A DNA stretch of 64,000 bases from an uncultured Clostridia bacterium (GTDB taxonomy: Bacteria; Bacillota; Clostridia; Christensenellales; CAG-314). Within the stretch, counting starts at the first letter, position 1, and every line of letters starts with the position of its first letter. The position numbers and the translations under genes are program-made. Below, piece after piece: positions 58,562-64,000 of this stretch. The notes under the pieces were generated by a model, which was not told where the DNA came from, ran no database searches, and saw nothing but the letters and a program-made list of their open reading frames with translations. The stretch lies in NCBI GenBank assembly GCA_947623225.1, contig CANQGO010000007.1, forward strand, positions 230 through 64,229, in the 5' to 3' direction.

Positions 58562-59761
58562 TTACAATTCTATATTGTTAAACTTGAGCAATTCCCGCGC
58601 AGACTGGACGCTGTCAGGCCCCGTCGCATTCTTGATAGGTGCGAATTCCCTCTCGCGTACCACCTCAAACGGCAGACAACTTCCTGACAGTCGGACGGCG
58701 TCCAATATGAGCGTTTCATATTTATACACTTCTTTGGGTACCGGCTTGCCTTCTGTCCCGACGGACAGGTTCATCGTTTTCTTTACTCTGTGCACAGGCA
58801 GCCGTGCCGCCGAGATCCGACGTAGTCTGTCCGCCTTGAAGAGGTAATTCAATATCACTCCGAAGCCATACACAAGGTTGCCTTCCGCGTCTCGCTCATT
58901 CGCCATTTGCGCCGTCAGTTCGTAGTACTCTATGACCGAGGGCGCGCCATTCTCCAAGCACAACACCCCGACCTTCTCTTCCGGATAGCGTTTGCGCACG
59001 AATTTCGCTCCGCAATCCCTCCCGGACAGGACCGTCGCCCCGACAAATAGCGGATCTGCGATACGCTGCAGAACATTGTCCACGGCGAACACATTGAGCC
59101 ACTCTATCTCCGGAAACAGGTCCAACTGTCCGCTTTCCTTCAGCGAGTCGAACCAACCGCCGTTACCGTCGGGAGAACATACCACGCCGCCGTTACCGTC
59201 ATATATCAATCTGCCCTGCAGATCCGTGACAGGCGCATCATGCTGGACGAAAAATTTCACATATTGTTCGGGATAACCGAAATAGTTATTCTTTTGCAAA
59301 AATTCACGAGTGGCACTGTCGTTGCCGCTGCAAGTCATGATGAACAGCGCGACCCAGCAACCGACTCTCTTGCAAACACCCGTCAGATTGGCAAACAGCC
59401 TCTCAAAAACGGTCATATGCCGCGATATACCTATATCGTAGCACCCCTTCGGTCCATCAAAACCCAAACGCGTTCCCTGACCTCCTGCCAGGAGCACCGC
59501 GCCCACTTTGCCCGCACGCAGAGTATCGATGCCCACCCCTTGAAAAGCGGCGTTATCGCGGCGTATCTCCGACAAAGAAAGCCCCCGTATCGGACGTATA
59601 TCACTTTTGTTTTCAAGCGCGGTATCGCCCGACTCTATCATCCGCCAATGGATATCGGATATCTGCCGTTCGAATGAGCGACGCCGCTCGCCTGTCAGCC
59701 CGTCATATACTGGCAAAAGGTGCTGTTGGTTATGTACAATTAGTATTTGTCGAATATCCAT
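58562..59761 (-). CDS. UDP-N-acetylhexosamine pyrophosphorylase-like (UAP1/UDPGP family)
   Basis: LAGGQGTRLGFDGPKG, PDGNGG, VDN, EKVG, EYYE, K.E..I.D and REFAPIKN motifs. Confidence 0.88.
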   Translation of the reverse strand: MDIRQILIVHNQQHLLPVYDGLTGERRRSFERQISDIHWRMIESGDTALENKSDIRPIRGLSLSEIRRDNAAFQGVGIDTLRAGKVGAVLLAGGQGTRLGFDGPKGCYDIGISRHMTVFERLFANLTGVCKRVGCWVALFIMTCSGNDSATREFLQKNNYFGYPEQYVKFFVQHDAPVTDLQGRLIYDGNGGVVCSPDGNGGWFDSLKESGQLDLFPEIEWLNVFAVDNVLQRIADPLFVGATVLSGRDCGAKFVRKRYPEEKVGVLCLENGAPSVIEYYELTAQMANERDAEGNLVYGFGVILNYLFKADRLRRISAARLPVHRVKKTMNLSVGTEGKPVPKEVYKYETLILDAVRLSGSCLPFEVVREREFAPIKNATGPDSVQSARELLKFNNIEL

Positions 59762-59861
59762 TTATTCGTCACCGACTAACAATTGTGTTTTATATTTTAC
59801 TACAAATTAGATTATATTGCAAAGATACGAAAATATGCCCTTGCGGCATATTCCACGCACA

Positions 59862-60785
59862 CTACTTCTCCAGAGAATGGATGAACTTACTCAGAACCGG
59901 TTTCACTCTGCCTATATCGCCATACTCCGGACACTGCACCGCCACGACCAATCCGCTCTCCGTCAATACGTTTGTGATCTGCCCGTATGCCCCGTCGGCG
60001 CGGTAAGATTTGCCGCCGTCAAACGGGGACATCCAGAATTGGTAGCCGTATCCGCACGACCAGGCGTCTGCCGGGTCGCCGTCTGTCTCTATTCTCTTGG
60101 TCGTAGCTTCTTTTACGTACCACTGCGGGATCAATTGCTCATCCCGCCACTTGCCGCCGTTGAGCGTGATCTGACATAGGCGCATCATGTCCGTCAGCGT
60201 CATATACAGGCCGCTCGCGCCGAATTCGTATCCGTCGGGGTCTGTCTCCCACAATGGATATGGCATTCCTGCAGGTTTGAAAAGACGCTCATACAGATAG
60301 TTGCGCATGCTGCACCCGGTAGCTTTGGCAAACATTCTCGCCGCGAGATATGTGTCTCCGTTGTTGTAGCAAAATCTCTCCCCGGACGGATATTTCAGCT
60401 CGCGCGACAGGATATATCTGAGATAATCGGGATATCCTTCGCCCCGCCTGCGCTCATCCTCACCCAGATAAAATGCGCCGTAGCCGCTGGACATGGTAAG
60501 CAAATGTCTCAGAGTGATATTCTCCACTCCTTCGGGCGGCGATGCAGGCAGCTTATCCGGAAAATAATCCACTACTTTGTCGTTCAGCGACATACTCCCA
60601 TCGTCTATAGCCATGCCTATTGCCACGGACGTGTAACTCTTAGTATGAGAATATATACAACGCGGACGCCTGTTCGGAACAAAATGATGCTCTGCGAGCA
60701 CACTGTCTCCGTCTGCCACCGCGATACCTTCCACATACAGCCCTTCCGACTCGACTTCTTTGATAAACTCGTCCAATTGCCTCAT
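59862..60785 (-). CDS. Serine hydrolase (beta-lactamase/transpeptidase-like fold)
   Basis: SHTK (SxxK), LRHLLTMSSG, YNN (YxN), YGYQFW and ADGAYGQ motifs. Confidence 0.9.
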   Translation of the reverse strand: MRQLDEFIKEVESEGLYVEGIAVADGDSVLAEHHFVPNRRPRCIYSHTKSYTSVAIGMAIDDGSMSLNDKVVDYFPDKLPASPPEGVENITLRHLLTMSSGYGAFYLGEDERRRGEGYPDYLRYILSRELKYPSGERFCYNNGDTYLAARMFAKATGCSMRNYLYERLFKPAGMPYPLWETDPDGYEFGASGLYMTLTDMMRLCQITLNGGKWRDEQLIPQWYVKEATTKRIETDGDPADAWSCGYGYQFWMSPFDGGKSYRADGAYGQITNVLTESGLVVAVQCPEYGDIGRVKPVLSKFIHSLEK

Positions 60786-60900
60786 ATTCTCTCTCCCGCT
60801 CGGATGATAACTCTATCCTACCACAAACGCACTCATTTGTAAATAAACTTATTCGCGTTATCGCCCTTGCCGTACATACATACAAGCCCGCCATATGGCG
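60600..60900. repeat. 301-bp direct repeat, copy 1
   Basis: Identical by eye to 63376-63676; the ORF track shows identical 84-aa ORFs in both copies. Confidence 0.95.
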
Positions 60901-61031
60901 ACCGCACGCCAGCTGCCGACGACGGGATAGTTGTTATCCTCTGTGTCATCACCGCAAGCGGAAAGGCACACAATACAAAATATAACCGCCAAAGTCAGCA
61001 ACAGACCCTCTACGATCTTCTTTCGTTTCAT
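60858..61031 (-). pseudogene. Truncated lipoprotein gene fused to the repeat at 60900
   Basis: Signal peptide with lipobox LSAC, then GDDTEDNNYPVVGSW, after which the frame runs into the repeat and stops. Confidence 0.7.
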
Positions 61032-61443
61032 TTCTCTTCGCTCCTGTATCGTATTGCATAGACAGCGCACAGCGATAGATACACCTCTGCCAAACGTCAC
61101 CTTTGCATCACAATAATAGCAAATAACTTCTCTTGCGTATACTACAAATTGTAGTTGAATATCCGGGGTATTTTTTGCTGCCGCCTGCACACAATAACTC
61201 GACCTTTTCCGCTTGTCGGGCTTTGCGCCCCGAGCCCTTCAATGTATAAATATAAAGTTCTGCGGAAAATCCCCCTAAACTTATCCAAAAAATTTAAAAT
61301 TTTCCAAATCTAACCGGACTTTTCAACCACAAATGCCCGGGAATATAACAAAAAAGCGCACTCCATTGCCGCACTACTTGCTTTGTATTGCAGTAAGTTG
61401 AGTGTCGCTTATTTTATCAAAGTATCATTTTGATTAGACATTA

Positions 61444-63255
61444 TCAAAGACTTTTATAATATCTCTCTATTAGTTTCGCCATAAGAAAACGTCTCTTGGC
61501 AAGAAAATCATCATAGTTTTCAACCGCCATATTCTCTACTCCATCAGGGATACAATTCTCTTCCAAGTTTTTCTTATAAACATTTAGGTCTGAAATATTT
61601 CCCAAAATGATTTTTCTTGTTTTGCATTGGTGAATAACTTTTGAGAAATATACGCATGGAGCATCATCACTTATAGCCTTGTTTACTTGTGTATCAAGAT
61701 ATATATAGTTGGCGACTTGATTATATTTGGTTTTCGAATCTACTCCGTTATTCTTAAGATAAGCGCGTGGGAATATGTGATGAACGTCGCCAGAAATACT
61801 TATAAGATCGGAAATTTTAGTTCCATTCATAAGCATAGAATTGCAATTCAAATTGATCTGCGCCGCCAAAAAGACATTAAATGCCGGGCTATTAACTGAA
61901 GAGGTTTCAAGATTTTGTGGAAGTGTGACATTCCAAAATGTATCCGATAGATTTGCTGCCTCTGCATCGTCGATGAAATTCAAAAATCCTTTTTCTTGTA
62001 TGCTCCGCATATCCCGATCCATCATGGTCTCGGGAGATCCGATATAACGCGAAGTCAGAGTCGCCAAAACAAACCATTTTTGAACGTAACGTTTTATCTG
62101 CACATTTGGGATCGATTTGTCCTGTAAAAGAATCAAATACAATGTATATGCGAAGTCCAGTGTCATTGTTGAGTTCAGCAGTTTGCTAGACACAAATCCT
62201 GCGCCCTTAATTGCCATGATAAATTGAGCAAAATTGTATTGATTAACAAAATTCATTATTCCCGCGCCCAATTTTGCATAGGAATCTTGCACAATATCCT
62301 CACGGAATTCTTTGGTCTTGAAATCACGACCGGAAAGCAAACTTACAAGATCTGCAAGTTTTCCGCGACGAAATTGATGCATAAATGAAACTCTTAACAT
62401 GTCACCGTAATCGGGGTCAAAGATATCATCGTAATCATTCGCAAGCCATTTAATCTTATCCGCATAAGGAGACGCTTGAAATTCCGTATCATGCGTTATT
62501 TGCGGATAAAACTCCGGTTTTACGGCAAGATGACAAAAGTAATCTACTGCTTTTCTCATCAATCCGCCACCATGTACAGTATCTGCTGCCATTTTCGACA
62601 TTACAAAATCAGATTGACTCAATTCTGTGCCTTTTGAATTGATCCGGATAAAAATCTCCGTCACCTCGTCAATATCCAAGCCATGGTCAAGTTCGATAAC
62701 CCCAATTTGCCTGTTTGCTATCGATTTCAACTTCAATATTGTTTCGGATAACTCTTCCGGATCAACGGTAGGATTGTTGTTTAAGTATTCATTTTCAAAT
62801 GTACGTTGCTTAAACCCTGTAGAAAAAACTAAGGATATATCCGGTATCCAGCGTTTATCTCTTAAATGTGAGGCATCTTGAACAGCAAAACGCTTGGTTT
62901 CATCATCTGCTATTGGATTAAATGCTATGCGAATACGATCTTTATTGAAATCTTGATCAAGAACTTCAATTCCCGCGATAGCAGCCATAAGCGCAGTAAT
63001 TCGCTGTTGCCCATCTATGAGTATTTTCTTACCGTTTGCGATGCCGCCATCTTTTGTACGAACATCTGGATTTTTCCAAGTTATAATATAACCCGTAGGA
63101 TAACCGTTATAAAGTGAGTCAATTAAGTCTCTGACTTGACTGCGTTTCCATACAAAAGGTCGTTGTATTTCAGGAATAACAAAATCATCAATTTCAATAA
63201 GCCCCAATATTGCACTTATAGAATATTGCATCAAGGTAAATTTTTCTCCGGTCAT
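61444..63255 (-). CDS. GmrSD-type (DUF262 + DUF1524/HNH) modification-dependent restriction-like protein
   Basis: IPEIQRPFVW, IDGQQR, FIRINS and DVHHIFP..N..N motifs; AT-rich relative to flanks; RBS AGGAGG. Confidence 0.88.
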   Translation of the reverse strand: MTGEKFTLMQYSISAILGLIEIDDFVIPEIQRPFVWKRSQVRDLIDSLYNGYPTGYIITWKNPDVRTKDGGIANGKKILIDGQQRITALMAAIAGIEVLDQDFNKDRIRIAFNPIADDETKRFAVQDASHLRDKRWIPDISLVFSTGFKQRTFENEYLNNNPTVDPEELSETILKLKSIANRQIGVIELDHGLDIDEVTEIFIRINSKGTELSQSDFVMSKMAADTVHGGGLMRKAVDYFCHLAVKPEFYPQITHDTEFQASPYADKIKWLANDYDDIFDPDYGDMLRVSFMHQFRRGKLADLVSLLSGRDFKTKEFREDIVQDSYAKLGAGIMNFVNQYNFAQFIMAIKGAGFVSSKLLNSTMTLDFAYTLYLILLQDKSIPNVQIKRYVQKWFVLATLTSRYIGSPETMMDRDMRSIQEKGFLNFIDDAEAANLSDTFWNVTLPQNLETSSVNSPAFNVFLAAQINLNCNSMLMNGTKISDLISISGDVHHIFPRAYLKNNGVDSKTKYNQVANYIYLDTQVNKAISDDAPCVYFSKVIHQCKTRKIILGNISDLNVYKKNLEENCIPDGVENMAVENYDDFLAKRRFLMAKLIERYYKSL

Positions 63256-63351
63256 GGGCACCTCCTGCAAAGCTATAAAAATCATTTGGATTTTAAGCCA
63301 TATCGAGCCTAAATACGATACAACTTACTAAGACAAATAGATTTTACCCGA

Positions 63352-63561
63352 TTATACGAATATTGTCAATTGCATATCGTCTATAGCCATGCCTATTGCC
63401 ACGGACGTGTAACTCTTAGTATGAGAATATATACAACGCGGACGCCTGTTCGGAACAAAATGATGCTCTGCGAGCACACTGTCTCCGTCTGCCACCGCGA
63501 TACCTTCCACATACAGCCCTTCCGACTCGACTTCTTTGATAAACTCGTCCAATTGCCTCAT
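63352..63561 (-). pseudogene. Duplicated 5' fragment (62 codons) of the serine hydrolase
   Basis: Identical N-terminus MRQLDEF..AIDD, then diverges at 63376. Confidence 0.9.
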
Positions 63562-63676
63562 ATTCTCTCTCCCGCTCGGATGATAACTCTATCCTACCAC
63601 AAACGCACTCATTTGTAAATAAACTTATTCGCGTTATCGCCCTTGCCGTACATACATACAAGCCCGCCATATGGCG
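63376..63676. repeat. 301-bp direct repeat, copy 2
   Basis: Identical by eye to 60600-60900. Confidence 0.95.
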
Positions 63677-63684
63677 GGCTTGTA
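63657..63684. repeat. Perfect 28-bp palindrome
   Basis: TACAAGCCCGCCAT|ATGGCGGGCTTGTA; copy 1 retains only the first 20 bp. Confidence 0.9.
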
Positions 63685-63782
63685 CCGACGACGCGACCGA
63701 TGCTGCTGCACCTTGTCATTATATACATTTGACGCGCCGGCCTCTGACTACAACCGAATCGCGCAGATACCATCCTATGCGC

Positions 63783-64000
63783 TTACCCATTCTTCGCCAT
63801 TCGCGGCCGCGGACTTATATATAATTCCATTTTTCCTTTTTTCTCCAGTATGGCAGCCAACTTCTCATACGGCAAATTCTCTCCATCGATCTTTATCCTA
63901 TGCCACCTGCCAAACTTGTCATTAAATTTCTTCGCAAACATTATCTCCGCGAAACTCGGATACTTGGTTTTACCTTCGTCGTCTGCCAAATTATATACCA
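63783..64000 (-). CDS. C-terminal part of a hypothetical protein entering from beyond the window
   Basis: Frame VYNLADDEGK...MAKNG-stop is open to the window edge. Confidence 0.5.
   Translation of the reverse strand, partial: VYNLADDEGKTKYPSFAEIMFAKKFNDKFGRWHRIKIDGENLPYEKLAAILEKKGKMELYISPRPRMAKNG

Noticed and set aside
58562-59761. Eukaryote-like UAP1 enzyme as a horizontal transfer from eukaryotes
   Set aside because: This family is already known in clostridia and other bacteria, and its composition is close to the host's.
59862-60785. Possible beta-lactamase resistance gene
   Set aside because: No signal peptide, and the motifs fit cytoplasmic esterase/amidase-type serine hydrolases; resistance cannot be claimed.
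61210-61240. GGGCGCAAAGCC on the minus strand, resembling part of a c-di-GMP-I riboswitch
   Set aside because: The upstream GGCAAA..GAAA stem and downstream receptor stem are not present.

Overview
Mostly core chromosome of a GC-rich, anaerobic, probably spore-forming Bacillota (Clostridia; the finer taxonomy is inference). Contents: a complete rnfCDGEAB operon, gap/fba, ppdK, a malQ-glgB-glgP-GH13 operon, pepT, pdp, lipid enzymes, transporters, tmRNA and an SOS-type umuC-yolD pair. Accessory or unusual items: (1) At the left edge is the end of an integrative element whose tyrosine integrase has an XRE-type HTH inserted. The element appears to have split the host tRNA-Thr(CGT) at the anticodon loop, leaving its 5' half behind a perfect promoter, and carries its own different, complete tRNA-Thr(CGT) as a replacement. 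(2) Two adjacent large membrane-anchored proteins: one has an antigen I/II-like Tyr-helix/head/polyproline layout, the other a receptor-like ectodomain/GPS-like motif/TM/cytoplasmic-domain layout. (3) A low-GC GmrSD-type cassette is bracketed by an exact 301-bp duplication that ends inside a 28-bp palindrome. (4) A structured attenuator-like leader precedes an EamA transporter. (5) RnfG has two FMN-binding modules. All calls come from reading the sequence; no database searches were run.
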